64,000 bases of DNA from Pelagibacteraceae bacterium AG-439-F23 (GCA_003212415.1 QCPT01000003.1:3085-67084), one strand, 5' to 3'; counted from the first letter of the stretch, positions 42,901 through 55,066 are shown. The notes: a model not told the origin generated them from the letters alone. Numbers and translations are program-made.

Positions 42901-44964
42901 TTAAGCTTCTATTTTTGAAAAATTAAAATAGTTTTCGAAGCTTTTACATAACATTTTTAAAAGTTCTAGTCTGTTTTTTTTAATTACAGGATCAACATCA
43001 TTTACAACTACATTATCAAAAAATTCGTTAACTTCATTTTTTGCTAATGATAATTCTTTCAAACTTTCTTCATAATTTTCAGATTTTCCTATACTTGAAA
43101 AATACTTTCTTATATCGTGAATTCTTTTATAAAGATTTTTTTCAAAATCATTTTTAAAAAGACCAGGATCTGCTGAACCAATAATATCTGGTGAGTTTTG
43201 TTTTTCACTAAATAAAATATTTGAAGATCTTTTATATATGGAAATAACATCTTGGCCAAAATCTTTTTTAATATTTTTATTTAAAGCTAAAGATTTCTTA
43301 AAAACTTTTAATATTTCATCTATATTAGAAATATTTGTTGAGCTTTCAATTATGTCGTTTCTAATTTGTTTTTCTTTTAAATAATTTTTTAGTCTTTCTA
43401 AAATAAATTCACTTAAATCTTTTTGTAATAACTTTGTATCAAACTCTGTACCTTGTTCTTTATAAAGCATGCATGAATAATTAATTAAATCTCTAAGTTT
43501 AAAGCTTTTGTTATTCTCAATGATTAACCTAACCAAACTGATTGCCATTCTTCTTAAGGCATATGGGTCCTTTGAACTTGTGGGTTTTAATTTAATTCCA
43601 AAAAATCCCACTAATGAATCTAGTTTATCACTTATAGATAGTGCTACACTGTAAGGTTTCTTAGGTGTAATGCTATCCATGCCAATTGGAAAATAATGTT
43701 CTGATACAGCATTGCTTATTTCTTTGTCAAAACCTTGTGCTTCAGCAAAATAACCACCCAAAATGCCTTGGAGCTCTGGGAATTCTCCAACTAAATCAGA
43801 CATAAGATCTACTTTACAAATTGATGATGCTATTTCTATTTTTTCTTTACTAATTAACATTTCATCTGAAATTAAGCCACACAGTTTTCTTATTCTCTGA
43901 ACTTTATCAAAGTATGAGCCCAACCCTTTAAAATAATTAATATTTTTTAATTTTGAAACTTGTTTAACTAAATTTTGGGACTTATTTCTTTTCCAAAAAA
44001 ATTCTGCATCACTTAATCTGGCTTCAACTACCCTTTCATTTCCTAATTTTACAAATCCTTTTGGGTCTATTGTGTCTGCCACGACAAAAAAATTGTTTGT
44101 TAAATTTTCTTTCTTATCAAATGTAGGAAAATATTTTTGGTGATTTTGCATAGTTATTATTAATATTTCTCTTGGGATAATTAAATATTTTTCATCAAAT
44201 TCGCAAAGTAAAATTTTAGGTTTCTCCACTATGTTTGTTACTTCTTCTAATATTTCTTTTTTTAATTTGACTTTAAGTTTTTTTTTGTTTGATAATTTTA
44301 TTAACTCATTTGAAATAAAAGATTTTCTTTTTTCTTGATCTATTAAAATTCCTAGAGATTTAAAATAAGAATTGTAAGATTTAAAATTACTAAAACTTTT
44401 TGTTTTTTCCTCTGTTTCTTTATCAATAAAAGTGGTATTTGAGCTTTTTAAATGATAAAAATTAAAATCTAGTTTTTTTCCATCAAAAACACATAAAATT
44501 GATTTTAAAGGTCTTCCCCAATATAAATTATAATCATTCCATTTCATGGATTTATTCCATGAAATCTTAGATAAAATGTTTGGAATATTTTCCTTTAATA
44601 AGTCAGATGTGTTTATCTTTTGAGATGGTATTTTAAAAAAATAAAACTCTCCTTTATTTGTCTTTTTTTTAAAAACTTTTGATTTTGTTGTGTTATTTGA
44701 TCTCACAAATCCTTCCAATGCTTTATCTGATGCATTTATATTTGGACCTCTTATCTCTTGAGATTTCTTGGATATTTTTTTTGTAATTTTATCTATATAA
44801 ACAATTAGTCTATTGGGTGTTGAGAAAACATTCAAATTTCCTTTAATAGAAATTTCATTTTCTTGAAAAAAATTTTTTAACTTTTCTAATAATCTTTTTC
44901 GGGCATTAACTTGAAGTTTTGAAGGAATCTCTTCACTAAATAATTCTAAAAAAAATTCTGACAT
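42901..44964 (-). CDS. glyS: Glycine-tRNA ligase beta subunit (start probably 44964)
   Basis: FLELFSEEIP, TPNRL, EFPELQG, DPYALRR. Confidence 0.95.
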   Translation of the reverse strand: MSEFFLELFSEEIPSKLQVNARKRLLEKLKNFFQENEISIKGNLNVFSTPNRLIVYIDKITKKISKKSQEIRGPNINASDKALEGFVRSNNTTKSKVFKKKTNKGEFYFFKIPSQKINTSDLLKENIPNILSKISWNKSMKWNDYNLYWGRPLKSILCVFDGKKLDFNFYHLKSSNTTFIDKETEEKTKSFSNFKSYNSYFKSLGILIDQEKRKSFISNELIKLSNKKKLKVKLKKEILEEVTNIVEKPKILLCEFDEKYLIIPREILIITMQNHQKYFPTFDKKENLTNNFFVVADTIDPKGFVKLGNERVVEARLSDAEFFWKRNKSQNLVKQVSKLKNINYFKGLGSYFDKVQRIRKLCGLISDEMLISKEKIEIASSICKVDLMSDLVGEFPELQGILGGYFAEAQGFDKEISNAVSEHYFPIGMDSITPKKPYSVALSISDKLDSLVGFFGIKLKPTSSKDPYALRRMAISLVRLIIENNKSFKLRDLINYSCMLYKEQGTEFDTKLLQKDLSEFILERLKNYLKEKQIRNDIIESSTNISNIDEILKVFKKSLALNKNIKKDFGQDVISIYKRSSNILFSEKQNSPDIIGSADPGLFKNDFEKNLYKRIHDIRKYFSSIGKSENYEESLKELSLAKNEVNEFFDNVVVNDVDPVIKKNRLELLKMLCKSFENYFNFSKIEA

Positions 44965-44965
44965 T

Positions 44966-45847
44966 TTAATTTTGACTTTCAAGCCAAAGTTTTCCTATTG
45001 CTTTTGTTAATTCTCTAATTTTTGAGATATACTCAGCTCTTTGGGCAACACTAATTACTCCTCTTGCATCCAGTATGTTGAATATATGGCTTGCTTTTAA
45101 ACATTGATCATAAGCAGGTAAAGAAATTTTCTTTTCAATTAAAGATTTAGCTTCCTGCTCAATCATATCGAAAATTTTAAATAAATTATCCGTATTTGCA
45201 TATTCAAAATTATATGCGGAAAACTCTTTTTCAGATTGATAAAAAACATCTTTATAGGAAATTCCATCATTGTTCCAAATTAAATCAAAAACATTTTTTT
45301 TATTTTGAATAAACATGCAGAGTCTTTCTAGTCCATAAGTAATTTCAACCGAAATAGGCTTACATTCTATTCCTGCCATTTGTTGAAAATATGTAAACTG
45401 CGTAATCTCCATTCCATTACACCAAACTTCCCATCCTAGTCCTGCAGCACCAAGTGTTGGGCTCTCCCAATCATCTTCAATAAATCTAATATCATGCTCA
45501 TTATAATTAATACCTATTGCGGAAATACTATTTAAAAATAATTTTTTTATATTGCTGGGCGATGGTTTTATTAAAACTTGAAATTGATAATAATGCTGCA
45601 ATCTATTTGGATTGTCGGCATAACGTCCATCTGTTGGCCTTCTAGATGGCTGAACATAAGCAGTCTTCCATGGTTTTGCTCCTAGTGACCTTAAAGTTGT
45701 TGCCGGATGAAAAGTTCCAGCTCCAACTTCCAAATCGTAAGGTTGAAGTATAACGCATCCTTGTTTAGACCAATACTTTTGAAGAGCAAGTATTGTTTCT
45801 TGAAATGTTAATGGTTCTTTATTTGATTTTTTTTTTTTAGAGACCAT
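44966..45847 (-). CDS. glyQ: Glycine-tRNA ligase alpha subunit
   Basis: [39 protein letters not shown]. Confidence 0.97.
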   Translation of the reverse strand: MVSKKKKSNKEPLTFQETILALQKYWSKQGCVILQPYDLEVGAGTFHPATTLRSLGAKPWKTAYVQPSRRPTDGRYADNPNRLQHYYQFQVLIKPSPSNIKKLFLNSISAIGINYNEHDIRFIEDDWESPTLGAAGLGWEVWCNGMEITQFTYFQQMAGIECKPISVEITYGLERLCMFIQNKKNVFDLIWNNDGISYKDVFYQSEKEFSAYNFEYANTDNLFKIFDMIEQEAKSLIEKKISLPAYDQCLKASHIFNILDARGVISVAQRAEYISKIRELTKAIGKLWLESQN

Positions 45848-46646
45848 ATCTCTGCCAGATCGATCTTTCTTCTAAAATACTTATTAACTTATCAGCATGA
45901 TCTTGAGATGAAGAAAATTTTTTAGCTAACCATCCTTTAGGTTTGTCAAATTTTTTAATTTCAACTTCATCGCCAAATTTTTCTCTTAATATTTGATCCG
46001 CATTTCCAAGTCCATCAATTAATCCCAAATCTTTAGCCTTTTTACCTGTCCAAAACTCTCCTGAAAATAATTCGATGCCACTATTTTTATTTAGTTTTGA
46101 TCCTCTGCTTTCTTCGACTACATTTATAAAGTCTTGATGAAGCTCTAATTGAATATTTTTTAATCTATTAATATCTTCTTCTTTTTCGTCTAAAAAGGGA
46201 TCTAAGGTGCTTTTATTTTTTCCAGCAGTATAAACTCTTCTTTGCACACCTATTTTTTCAATTAAATTTTTAAAACCAAATGATGCTGAAATAACCCCAA
46301 TTGATCCAATTATTGAACTTGAATTAGCATAAATTTCGTCACCTGAACAAGCTATTAAATATCCGCCTGAAGCGGCCACATCCTCTGTAAAAATAATTAC
46401 TTTTTTTCTATTTTTTTTTGCCTGCTCTCTAATAAATTTATATATTAAATGTGATTGTACGGGTGATCCTCCGGGAGAATTAATTGTTATTGCTACCGCT
46501 AAAGCTTTTTTTACTGAAAAAGCTTTTTTTATTATATCTTCTTGGCCAGAGTACTCAATTCCTTGTCTGAATTTTCCAATATTTCCAATGACTCCTGTTA
46601 GTCTGAGATGACTTATAATTTTTTTTTTTTTGAAAATAGAAAACAT
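45837..46646 (-). CDS. S49 family peptidase (SppA-like)
   Basis: [21 protein letters not shown]. Confidence 0.92.
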   Translation of the reverse strand: MFSIFKKKKIISHLRLTGVIGNIGKFRQGIEYSGQEDIIKKAFSVKKALAVAITINSPGGSPVQSHLIYKFIREQAKKNRKKVIIFTEDVAASGGYLIACSGDEIYANSSSIIGSIGVISASFGFKNLIEKIGVQRRVYTAGKNKSTLDPFLDEKEEDINRLKNIQLELHQDFINVVEESRGSKLNKNSGIELFSGEFWTGKKAKDLGLIDGLGNADQILREKFGDEVEIKKFDKPKGWLAKKFSSSQDHADKLISILEERSIWQRYGL

Positions 46647-46756
46647 ATTTAATGCTTATAAAATTTTTAATTATTAATAAAGCCTACTTATAGTTGAAGA
46701 ATAAGGTGCGTCAATTGATAAGTATAATAATAAATTTAATATAATATTTTCAAAAT

Positions 46757-47770
46757 ATGGGATCGGTTATCCAGCTAAAAAAACAGATAAATAATTCATA
46801 TTTAGACTTAAGAAACTCGGTTGAAGAGAAATTGGTCTTAGTAGATGAAAAAATAGTTTCAAAATTATCAAGCAATATAGATCTCATGCATAAAATGACC
46901 GAATACCACCTTGGAACTGGTGGTAAAAAATTAAGAGCTCTTCTAACATTGGGAAGCGCAAAACTTGCCGGGTATAGCAAGGGAGGAAGAGATATTAACT
47001 TAGCAGCTTGTGTAGAATTAATACATGCTGCAACCTTAATGCATGATGATGTAATTGATAGTTCTAAAATTAGAAGAGGAAAAAAAACATTAAATAGCAT
47101 TTGGGGCAATCAATCTTCTATTCTAGTCGGTGATTACTTATTAAGCAGATGTTTTGAAATGATGGTTGAAGACGGAAATCTTGAAATCTTAAAATTATTA
47201 TCATCAACATCAACAGAAATTGCACAAGGAGAAGTTCTACAACTGCAGCATAAAGGTGAAATAGATATTTTAGAAGAAACTTATTTTAAAATTACTTCCT
47301 CAAAAACTGCAGCATTATTCTCTGCGGCAACTAAAGTAGGCGCAATTTTAGGAGAAAAAGAAGCGAAATACAAAGAAGCATTAGAAATTTATGGAAAAAA
47401 TATTGGAATAACTTTTCAGATAGCAGATGACGCTTTGGACTACAACTCTGACATAAAATCTTTTGGTAAAGAAACTGGCAATGATTTTTTTGAAGGTAAA
47501 GTTACACTTCCAATGATATTATTATACCAAAAAATTCCAAATTCGGAAAAAATAATATTAAAAAATTTATTTCAAAAAGATCAAAGAGAAAATAAAGAAT
47601 TGAATTATGTTTTAAATTTAATAAAAAAAAATAATATAATTAGAGACTGTTATAAAAAAGCTGATCATTTTATAAATCTGGCATCTAACGCTTTGAGTGT
47701 TTTTGAAGAATCTGAAGAAAAAAAAATATTAAAAAATCTAACTAAATTTAGTATTGAAAGAAATTTTTAA
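46757..47770 (+). CDS. ispB: Long-chain polyprenyl diphosphate synthase
   Basis: [36 protein letters not shown]. Confidence 0.9.
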   Translation: MGSVIQLKKQINNSYLDLRNSVEEKLVLVDEKIVSKLSSNIDLMHKMTEYHLGTGGKKLRALLTLGSAKLAGYSKGGRDINLAACVELIHAATLMHDDVIDSSKIRRGKKTLNSIWGNQSSILVGDYLLSRCFEMMVEDGNLEILKLLSSTSTEIAQGEVLQLQHKGEIDILEETYFKITSSKTAALFSAATKVGAILGEKEAKYKEALEIYGKNIGITFQIADDALDYNSDIKSFGKETGNDFFEGKVTLPMILLYQKIPNSEKIILKNLFQKDQRENKELNYVLNLIKKNNIIRDCYKKADHFINLASNALSVFEESEEKKILKNLTKFSIERNF

Positions 47771-48390
47771 GGACTTAATAAAACTTTCTCCCAAATTTCA
47801 TTAGCTTTAGTATATTTAAGTCTTTCATGAATTCTATTTTTTCCATCTAACCAAAATTCTATTTCGCTTGGATTAACTCTCCAACCCGACCAATGACTAG
47901 GTCTTGGAACTTTATCATAATCAGGAAATTTAGATTTAAATTGTTCAATTTTTTTATTTAATTCTTCTCGATTATTTAAAATTGAACTTTGATTAGATGC
48001 CCATGCACCAATTCTACTTTCATAAGATCTAGAATTGTAATATTCATCTGCTTCTTGATCGCTAACATTGCTGACAGTACCAATTATTATTACTTGTCTT
48101 AATAAACTTTTCCAATGAAAACACATTGAAACTACAGGATTATCTTTTATCGCGCTACTCTTTACGCTATTTAAATTGGTATAAAAAACAAATCCATTGT
48201 TATCAAAGTCTTTCAATAATACTGTGCGAACAGAGGGTTTTCCTCTATTATCACTAGTTCCCAAGTACAAAGCATTAGGATCATTTAATTCGGATTTTTT
48301 TGCTTCTTCAAACCAAATTTTAAAAAGTGAAATTGGATTATCTTCATCTTTAAAGGATTTATTCAGTCCCAATGTGTTTTTTTGATTCAT
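47767..48390 (-). CDS. pdxH: Pyridoxamine 5'-phosphate oxidase
   Basis: RTVLLK, FYTN, GAWASNQS, EFWLDGKNRIHER. Confidence 0.95.
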   Translation of the reverse strand: MNQKNTLGLNKSFKDEDNPISLFKIWFEEAKKSELNDPNALYLGTSDNRGKPSVRTVLLKDFDNNGFVFYTNLNSVKSSAIKDNPVVSMCFHWKSLLRQVIIIGTVSNVSDQEADEYYNSRSYESRIGAWASNQSSILNNREELNKKIEQFKSKFPDYDKVPRPSHWSGWRVNPSEIEFWLDGKNRIHERLKYTKANEIWEKVLLSP

Positions 48391-48422
48391 AATTTAAACA
48401 AAATAATTTATATAATAAAATA

Positions 48423-49508
48423 ATGTCATTTAATACTTTTGGAAAGATATTTCGTTTCACAACTTGGGGGGAATCTCATGGCCCAGCAATTGGTTGTATT
48501 GTTGACGGTTGTCCACCAAATATTCAAATTAAATTAGATGAAATTCAAAAAGAATTAAATAAAAGAAAACCAGGCCAATCTAAATTTACTACTCAAAGAA
48601 AAGAGGATGATAAAGTAGAAATTTTGTCAGGAGTATTCGAAGGTAAATCAACTGGAACTCCTATATCTATGATTATTTATAATAAAGATATGAGGTCAAA
48701 AGATTATGGAAACATAAAAAACAAGTTTAGACCTGGTCATGCCGATTATACATATTTTAAAAAATATGGAATTAGAGATTACAGGGGTGGCGGTAGACAA
48801 TCAGCAAGAGAAACTGCAGCAAGAGTAGCCGCAGGAGCAATAGCAAAAAAAGTTTTACAAGCAAAACTGGGGAAAAAATTCAATATTGTAGGTGCTGTAA
48901 CTAGATTAGGAATTTTAGGATGCGACTTAAATAATTGGAGAGATAAAGATATTTTAAAAAATCCGCTTTTTTGTCCAGATAAATCTGTATTAAAGTTATG
49001 GGAAAAATACTTACTAGGAATTAGAAAAGCAGGTTCTTCATGTGGAGCTATAATAGAAGTTAGGGCCAGAGGAGTGCCTGTTGGTCTAGGTGCTCCAATA
49101 TATTCGAAACTTGATATGGATTTAGCAGCTGCAATGATGAGTATTAATGCAGTAAAAGGAGTTAACATCGGTTCTGGTATGAACTCGGCTCAATTAACTG
49201 GTGAACAAAATTCAGATGAAATGTCTAAAAAAGGAAAAAAAACAAAATTTTACTCAAATAATGCAGGAGGTATTTTAGGTGGAATTTCTAGCGGTCAAGA
49301 AATAATAGTTTCTTTTGCAGTTAAACCAACTTCTTCAATTCTAACCCAAAGAAAAACTATCGATAAATTTGGAAAAAACACATCAATATCAGTTAAAGGT
49401 AGGCATGATCCTTGTGTTGGCATCAGGGCAGTTCCAATAGGTGAAGCAATGATGCATTGTGTAATTTTAGACCACTACCTTTTAAATAAAGCTCAATGCG
49501 GTAATTAA
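48423..49508 (+). CDS. aroC: Chorismate synthase
   Basis: [27 protein letters not shown]. Confidence 0.97.
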   Translation: MSFNTFGKIFRFTTWGESHGPAIGCIVDGCPPNIQIKLDEIQKELNKRKPGQSKFTTQRKEDDKVEILSGVFEGKSTGTPISMIIYNKDMRSKDYGNIKNKFRPGHADYTYFKKYGIRDYRGGGRQSARETAARVAAGAIAKKVLQAKLGKKFNIVGAVTRLGILGCDLNNWRDKDILKNPLFCPDKSVLKLWEKYLLGIRKAGSSCGAIIEVRARGVPVGLGAPIYSKLDMDLAAAMMSINAVKGVNIGSGMNSAQLTGEQNSDEMSKKGKKTKFYSNNAGGILGGISSGQEIIVSFAVKPTSSILTQRKTIDKFGKNTSISVKGRHDPCVGIRAVPIGEAMMHCVILDHYLLNKAQCGN

Positions 49509-51415
49509 TTAATTTTTTTTATTAAAACTTTTGAATTTAAAGACTCTATAATTTTTAGTTCTATAGATTTAGCATCTAATCCAGCATCTTTATACATTTC
49601 TTCTGGCTTGTTATGATCTATAAATTTATCTGGCAGAATCATTGCTCTAAATTTTAAATTTTCATCAAGTAATTTTTTTTCATTTAAAAAGAAATTTACA
49701 TGAGAACCAAAACCTCCGATTGATCCTTCTTCAATTGTTATTATAACTTCATGATTTGTAGCTAGTTGCCAGATCAAATTTTCATCTAAAGGTTTAGCAA
49801 ACCTTGCGTCAACAACTGTTAAATCAATTCCTTTTTTCTTAAGATTTTCTTCTGCTATCAAGCATTCTTTTAATCTTGTGCCAAAATTTAATATCGCTAC
49901 TTTTTTTCCTTCTTTAATAATTCTACCTTTTCCTATTATCAACTTTTCAGAAATATCGGGCATGTCTATTCCTATGCCAACTCCTCTTGGGTATCTAAAT
50001 GCACTTGGTCTGTCATTTATATCAACTGAAGTATTAATCATTTTGACAAGTTCTGCTTCGTCACTTGCAGCCATTACTACAAAATTTGGTAAAGTTGATA
50101 GGTAAGTTATATCAAAAGATCCTGCATGAGTAGGGCCGTCAGCACCAACCAGGCCAGCTCTATCAATTGCAAATCTTACTGGTAAGCTTTGAATAGCAAC
50201 ATCATGAACTACCTGATCATACGCTCTTTGCAAAAAAGTGGAATATATAGCTGCATAAGGTTTAAAACCCTCAGTGGCTAAGCCTGCGGCAAATGTAACT
50301 GCATGCTGCTCTGCTATGCCAACATCAAACATTCGATTAGGAAATTTTTTTGAAAAAATATCCATTCCTGTTCCAGATGGCATAGCAGCAGTAATTCCTA
50401 ATATCTTGCTGTCTTTTTCAGCATGCTTAACCAAAGTATCAGCAAAAACTTTTGTATAAGCTGGGATGTTAGATTTAGATTTTTCTTGAATACCTGTCTG
50501 AACATTAAACTTGGAAACACCATGATAGTTATCATCAGATTTTTCAGCAAACTTATAACCTTTTCCTTTTTGTGTTTTTAAATGAATAAGGATTGGCCCA
50601 TTGTGCTTTGAGTCTCTAGCATTTTTAAGAATTGGTAAAAGAACATCTAAATCATGTCCATCTATAGGACCAATATAATAAAATCCCAACGAACTAAACA
50701 AAGTTCCACCGGTTACCATTGATCTTAAAAAATCTTCTGCTTGTCCAGCTTTTTTACTAAATCTTTTAGAAAATGATGAAATAATTAATTTGAAAGTTTC
50801 TCTTAAATTAAAGTAAATCTTGCCTGAAAAAATTTTTGCTAAATATGATTTCATTGCTCCAACTGGCTTTGCAATTGACATATTATTGTCGTTTAAAATA
50901 ACAATCATTTTTGTTTTAGTATCGCCAGCATTATTCATTGCTTCATATGCCATACCAGCACTAATTGCACCATCTCCAATCACTGCTACAACTTCATCGT
51001 TTTTATTTGAAAGTTTATTCGCTGTAGCAATTCCTAAAGCTGCGGAAATAGAGGTAGAACTGTGTGCAGCACCAAAAGGATCAAATTCGCTTTCTGATCT
51101 TTTAGTAAATCCAGATAGACCATCTCCTTGTCTCAATGTTTTTATTTTATTTTTTCTACCAGTAAGTATTTTATGTGGGTAGGTTTGATGCCCAACATCC
51201 CAAATAATTTTATCGTTAGGAGTATTAAAAATATGATGAAGAGCAACTGTAAGTTCTACTACTCCTAAACCGGCGCCTAAATGACCACCCGTTTTAGAAA
51301 CAGCTTCTATCATTTCTTGTCTAACTTCACTAGATAAGGTTTTTAATTCAAAATTTGATAATTTTTTTATGTCAGCTGGAAAATTTACATTATTTAATAT
51401 TTTATAATCTGTCAT
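49505..51415 (-). CDS. dxs: 1-deoxy-D-xylulose-5-phosphate synthase
   Basis: [19 protein letters not shown]...[16 protein letters not shown]. Confidence 0.97.
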   Translation of the reverse strand: MTDYKILNNVNFPADIKKLSNFELKTLSSEVRQEMIEAVSKTGGHLGAGLGVVELTVALHHIFNTPNDKIIWDVGHQTYPHKILTGRKNKIKTLRQGDGLSGFTKRSESEFDPFGAAHSSTSISAALGIATANKLSNKNDEVVAVIGDGAISAGMAYEAMNNAGDTKTKMIVILNDNNMSIAKPVGAMKSYLAKIFSGKIYFNLRETFKLIISSFSKRFSKKAGQAEDFLRSMVTGGTLFSSLGFYYIGPIDGHDLDVLLPILKNARDSKHNGPILIHLKTQKGKGYKFAEKSDDNYHGVSKFNVQTGIQEKSKSNIPAYTKVFADTLVKHAEKDSKILGITAAMPSGTGMDIFSKKFPNRMFDVGIAEQHAVTFAAGLATEGFKPYAAIYSTFLQRAYDQVVHDVAIQSLPVRFAIDRAGLVGADGPTHAGSFDITYLSTLPNFVVMAASDEAELVKMINTSVDINDRPSAFRYPRGVGIGIDMPDISEKLIIGKGRIIKEGKKVAILNFGTRLKECLIAEENLKKKGIDLTVVDARFAKPLDENLIWQLATNHEVIITIEEGSIGGFGSHVNFFLNEKKLLDENLKFRAMILPDKFIDHNKPEEMYKDAGLDAKSIELKIIESLNSKVLIKKIN

Positions 51416-51416
51416 T

Positions 51417-52286
51417 TTATTTTGTTCTTTTTAAAATAAATTCTATTGTTTCTTCAAGATCGCTAGGTCTTTTTTGGTATTTATTTATTTCATTAAAAAT
51501 AGTTAATTTTAATTTTTTTGAATATTTAATCGTATTTTTATAACCTAGTAAACCGATTAATGTTGCCTTCCCTTTTGCCTCATCTTTTCTAGTTTTCTTT
51601 CCAGCCAATTTTGTGCTACCAGAATAATCAATTAAATCATCAGCAATTTGAAATAATAAACCTATATTTTCACCAATTTTTTTAAACTTATTAATTTTTT
51701 TGTACTTATTAGCAATTATTAAAGGTGCTACACAGCAAAAACTAAACAGTTTTCCTGTTTTTTTAATTTGCATGTTTTTAATTTTATTAAATGAAATTTT
51801 TTTATTTTCAAAATTTAAATCTGAGTATTGTCCGCCCGCTACACCTTCGTGACCTGAAGAATTAGATATATATTTTATAAGTAAAACTTTTTTATTATCA
51901 TTAATTTTAAGATTTTTATTTGATAATATTTCAAAAGCCAAAGTTAGAAGTGAGTTGCCGGCCAAAACGGCGGTTGACTCGCCATATTTTTTATGGGTAC
52001 TTAACTTTCCTCTTCTCAAATCATCATCATCCATACATGGTAAATCGTCATGAATAAGTGTGTAAGCATGAATACATTCTACAGCAGCTCCTATTTGAAT
52101 TAAAACATTATAATTAATATTAAAAATTTTTCCTACATCGATCAATATTTTAGATCTTATTTTTTTTCCACCTGGCAACAATCCATATTTAATAGCTTTG
52201 AGTAAATCAGTTTTTTTTTGTAATTTTAAATATTTTTTTAAAAATAAGTTTGTATCTTTTGCAACTTTATATAATTTTTTTTTCAT
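51417..52286 (-). CDS. ispA: Farnesyl diphosphate synthase
   Basis: [23 protein letters not shown]; xseB-ispA-dxs synteny. Confidence 0.93.
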   Translation of the reverse strand: MKKKLYKVAKDTNLFLKKYLKLQKKTDLLKAIKYGLLPGGKKIRSKILIDVGKIFNINYNVLIQIGAAVECIHAYTLIHDDLPCMDDDDLRRGKLSTHKKYGESTAVLAGNSLLTLAFEILSNKNLKINDNKKVLLIKYISNSSGHEGVAGGQYSDLNFENKKISFNKIKNMQIKKTGKLFSFCCVAPLIIANKYKKINKFKKIGENIGLLFQIADDLIDYSGSTKLAGKKTRKDEAKGKATLIGLLGYKNTIKYSKKLKLTIFNEINKYQKRPSDLEETIEFILKRTK

Positions 52287-52521
52287 TTTTTTTTGAAATT
52301 ATATTTTTAATTTTAGATTTCGTAACTTCTGAAATTTCTTTATTCGTTTTATGAAATTTTTTTTCAATTAAATTGTTTAATTTTAATAGTTTCTGATATT
52401 CATTAACCGAATTCTCCAAATCTTTTTCATTTTCTAATTTTTCAATAATTTCATTAGCTAGTTCAGTTAACTCATTTAAAGACTTAGAGGTAATATCATC
52501 TAGCAAATTTTTTTCATTCAT
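52267..52521 (-). CDS. xseB: Exodeoxyribonuclease VII small subunit (divergent)
   Basis: 84-aa coiled coil IIEKLE...LENSVNEY; directly upstream of ispA. Confidence 0.7.
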   Translation of the reverse strand: MNEKNLLDDITSKSLNELTELANEIIEKLENEKDLENSVNEYQKLLKLNNLIEKKFHKTNKEISEVTKSKIKNIISKKNEKKII

Positions 52522-52541
52522 ATATTAAGTGGTATTATTAT

Positions 52542-53471
52542 ATGAAAAACAAACTTTCAAATATTAAAAAGTGTATAAATTATTTAAATAATAATGAATG
52601 TATAGGAATTCCTACCGAAACTGTATATGGGTTAGCGGCAAATGCTTATTCGGACAAAGCAACTTTAAAAATTTTCAAGTTAAAAAAAAGACCAAAAAAA
52701 AATCCTCTAATCGTTCATTATTATAATTTAAATGATTTAAAAAAAGATTGCTTGATAGATATAAATTTTATGAAATTGTACAAAAAATTTTGTCCTGGAC
52801 CAATTTCTTTTGTTTTAAAATTAAAACGTAATAGTTGTATTTCAAATAATGTAACAAATAAAAAAAAAACAATGGCAGTAAGATTTCCAAGACATGTATT
52901 AACAAGAAGATTATTAAAAATTTTAAAATTTCCACTTGCTGCACCAAGTGCAAATTTATCAAAAAAAATTAGTCCAGTTTCAAAAAATGATGTAATTGAT
53001 GAATTTGGAAAAAAAATTAAATTCGTTTTAGATGGAGGACAATCAAAAATTGGCGTTGAATCTACAATAGTAAATCTGGTAGATAAGCCGAAAATATTAA
53101 GGCTAGGAGGAATTGAAAGAAAAAAAATAGAAAAGTTTTTTATTAATAAAAATAAAAAAATATACAAAAAAAATAAAATAATTGTTCCCGGTCAAGGAAA
53201 AGTGCACTATTCTCCTGGAATTCCTATAAGACTAAATATCAAAGATCCAAAAAAGGACGAAGCATATGTGTTAATAAAAAAAAGAAAATTTTCAAAAAAA
53301 AATTTCTATTATTTAAGTAAAAAAAATAATCTTAAAGAAGCTGCAAAAAATTTATATAAAACATTAAGATTAATAAAAAAAAAGAAATTTAAAAGTATAG
53401 CAGTTGAAAAGATTCCCAACATAGGATTGGGTGAAACAATAAATGATAGATTAACTAGAGCATCAAAATAA
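52542..53471 (+). CDS. sua5: Threonylcarbamoyl-AMP synthase (Sua5/TsaC)
   Basis: PTETVYGL, KKRPKKNPLIVH, APSAN, STIV, PGQ..HYSP C-terminal domain. Confidence 0.93.
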   Translation: MKNKLSNIKKCINYLNNNECIGIPTETVYGLAANAYSDKATLKIFKLKKRPKKNPLIVHYYNLNDLKKDCLIDINFMKLYKKFCPGPISFVLKLKRNSCISNNVTNKKKTMAVRFPRHVLTRRLLKILKFPLAAPSANLSKKISPVSKNDVIDEFGKKIKFVLDGGQSKIGVESTIVNLVDKPKILRLGGIERKKIEKFFINKNKKIYKKNKIIVPGQGKVHYSPGIPIRLNIKDPKKDEAYVLIKKRKFSKKNFYYLSKKNNLKEAAKNLYKTLRLIKKKKFKSIAVEKIPNIGLGETINDRLTRASK

Positions 53472-53473
53472 TC

Positions 53474-54211
53474 ATGCAATATTTAGTTGAAGTAAATAAT
53501 TTAAAAAAAAATTATGGTTTAAAGGAAGCTGTAAAAGGAATTTCGTTTAAAATTAAAGATAATGAAATTTTAGGTCTACTTGGACCGAACGGTTCTGGTA
53601 AAACCACAACAATAGGAATGATGTTGGGTTTATTAAAACCTTCTAATGGAGAAATAATAATAGATGGAAAAAAAATTGAAAATAATAGAATTGAAATTCT
53701 AAAAAAAATAAATTTTATTTCTCCTTATATTGAACTTCCAAAAAAACTAACTGTTAAGCAAAACTTAATTGTTTATGGTAAATTGTATTCAGTTTCAGAC
53801 ATAAAAAAAAGAATTGAATATCTATCAGAAAAATTAAGATTGAATGATTTATTAAATAAAATTACAGGAGAACTTTCATCAGGACAAAAGAATAGAGTTA
53901 GCTTAGCCAAAGCTTTAATTAACAAGCCAAAAGTTTTATTATTGGACGAACCTACTGCTTCACTAGATCCTGAGATTGGAGACTTTGTCAGAACATTTTT
54001 AGAGGATTACAAAAAAGAAAAGAAAATTTCAATTCTATTAGCTTCACATAATATGAGTGAAGTAACTAGATTATGTAAATCAATATTAATGATGAAAGAT
54101 GGTATCATCATTGATAGTGGAAGCCCGGAAGAGTTGATCAGTAAACATGGTAGACAAAATTTGGAAGAAGTTTTTTTAAAACTTACAAGGAGCAAGAATG
54201 AGTTTAATTAG
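53474..54211 (+). CDS. ABC transporter ATP-binding protein
   Basis: GPNGSGKTT, LSSGQ, LLDEPT, H-loop. Confidence 0.93.
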   Translation: MQYLVEVNNLKKNYGLKEAVKGISFKIKDNEILGLLGPNGSGKTTTIGMMLGLLKPSNGEIIIDGKKIENNRIEILKKINFISPYIELPKKLTVKQNLIVYGKLYSVSDIKKRIEYLSEKLRLNDLLNKITGELSSGQKNRVSLAKALINKPKVLLLDEPTASLDPEIGDFVRTFLEDYKKEKKISILLASHNMSEVTRLCKSILMMKDGIIIDSGSPEELISKHGRQNLEEVFLKLTRSKNEFN

Positions 54212-54989
54212 AATATATGGTCTTTTTTTAAGACATTTTTTTTTGATAACTCGATCGTTTCCAAGAATTTTAGATTTAATTTATTGGCCATCGATCCAAA
54301 TTACTTTATGGGGTTTTATATCAAATTTTTTTGCCTCACATAGCTCCTATTATAATAATGCGGTTGGCGTAATATTAACATGTGCAATACTTTATGATTT
54401 TTTATTTAGAACAAGCATTGGTTTTAATATGTTATTTTTAGAGGAAATTTGGAGTAGAAACTTTACGAACTTATTTATTGCTCCAATGAAAATTAGTGAA
54501 ATAATTACATCACTTGTATTTACGGCTTTGATAAGAGCTTTAATAGGACTGATACCAGCTATAATTCTAACGTCGCCAATTTTTGGAATATCAATATTAG
54601 ATCTTGGATACTATTTATTTTTTCTTTTTCTAAGTTTGTATATTTTTGGAATTACTTTGGGAATATTAGTCTCTTCTGGATTATTAAGATTTGGACCTTC
54701 TTTTGAAAATATTGCTTGGTCTACAATGTTTTTATTAGCTCCTTTTGGCTGCATATATTATCCAATTGAAACTTTACCAGAAATTTTTCAAAAAATTGCA
54801 TACTCTCTTCCACTTGTTTATATTTTTGAAGAAGCAAGAAACATACTTATTAATAATACCATTAATTTAGAAAACTTATATACTGCACTTAAATTAAATG
54901 CTGTTTATTTAGTATTGGCAATAACATTATTTTACTATTCTTTTAGTGTAGCTAGAAAAAAAGGTACGTTAATTAATATTGGTGAGTAG
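54198..54989 (+). CDS. ABC-2 type permease
   Basis: About six TM segments, YYPIETLP...SLPL; overlaps the ATPase gene. Confidence 0.9.
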   Translation: MSLIRIYGLFLRHFFLITRSFPRILDLIYWPSIQITLWGFISNFFASHSSYYNNAVGVILTCAILYDFLFRTSIGFNMLFLEEIWSRNFTNLFIAPMKISEIITSLVFTALIRALIGLIPAIILTSPIFGISILDLGYYLFFLFLSLYIFGITLGILVSSGLLRFGPSFENIAWSTMFLLAPFGCIYYPIETLPEIFQKIAYSLPLVYIFEEARNILINNTINLENLYTALKLNAVYLVLAITLFYYSFSVARKKGTLINIGE

Positions 54990-55066
54990 TGGCGCGCCCG
55001 CAAGGAGTCGAACCCTGAACCTCCAGAGCCGAAATCTGGCGCTCTATCCAGTTGAGCTACGAGCGC
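54990..55066 (-). tRNA. tRNA-Arg (anticodon TCG)
   Basis: Reverse complement GCGCTCGTAGCTCAACTGGATAGAGCGCCAGATTTCGGCTCTGGAGGTTCAGGGTTCGACTCCTTGCGGGCGCGCCA folds as a cloverleaf; anticodon arm CCAGA-TTTCGGC-TCTGG; encoded CCA. Confidence 0.95.

Noticed and set aside
54990-55066. tRNA-Arg as an occupied integration site
   Set aside because: No duplicated tRNA 3' end or integrase seen nearby; flanking genes are ordinary.
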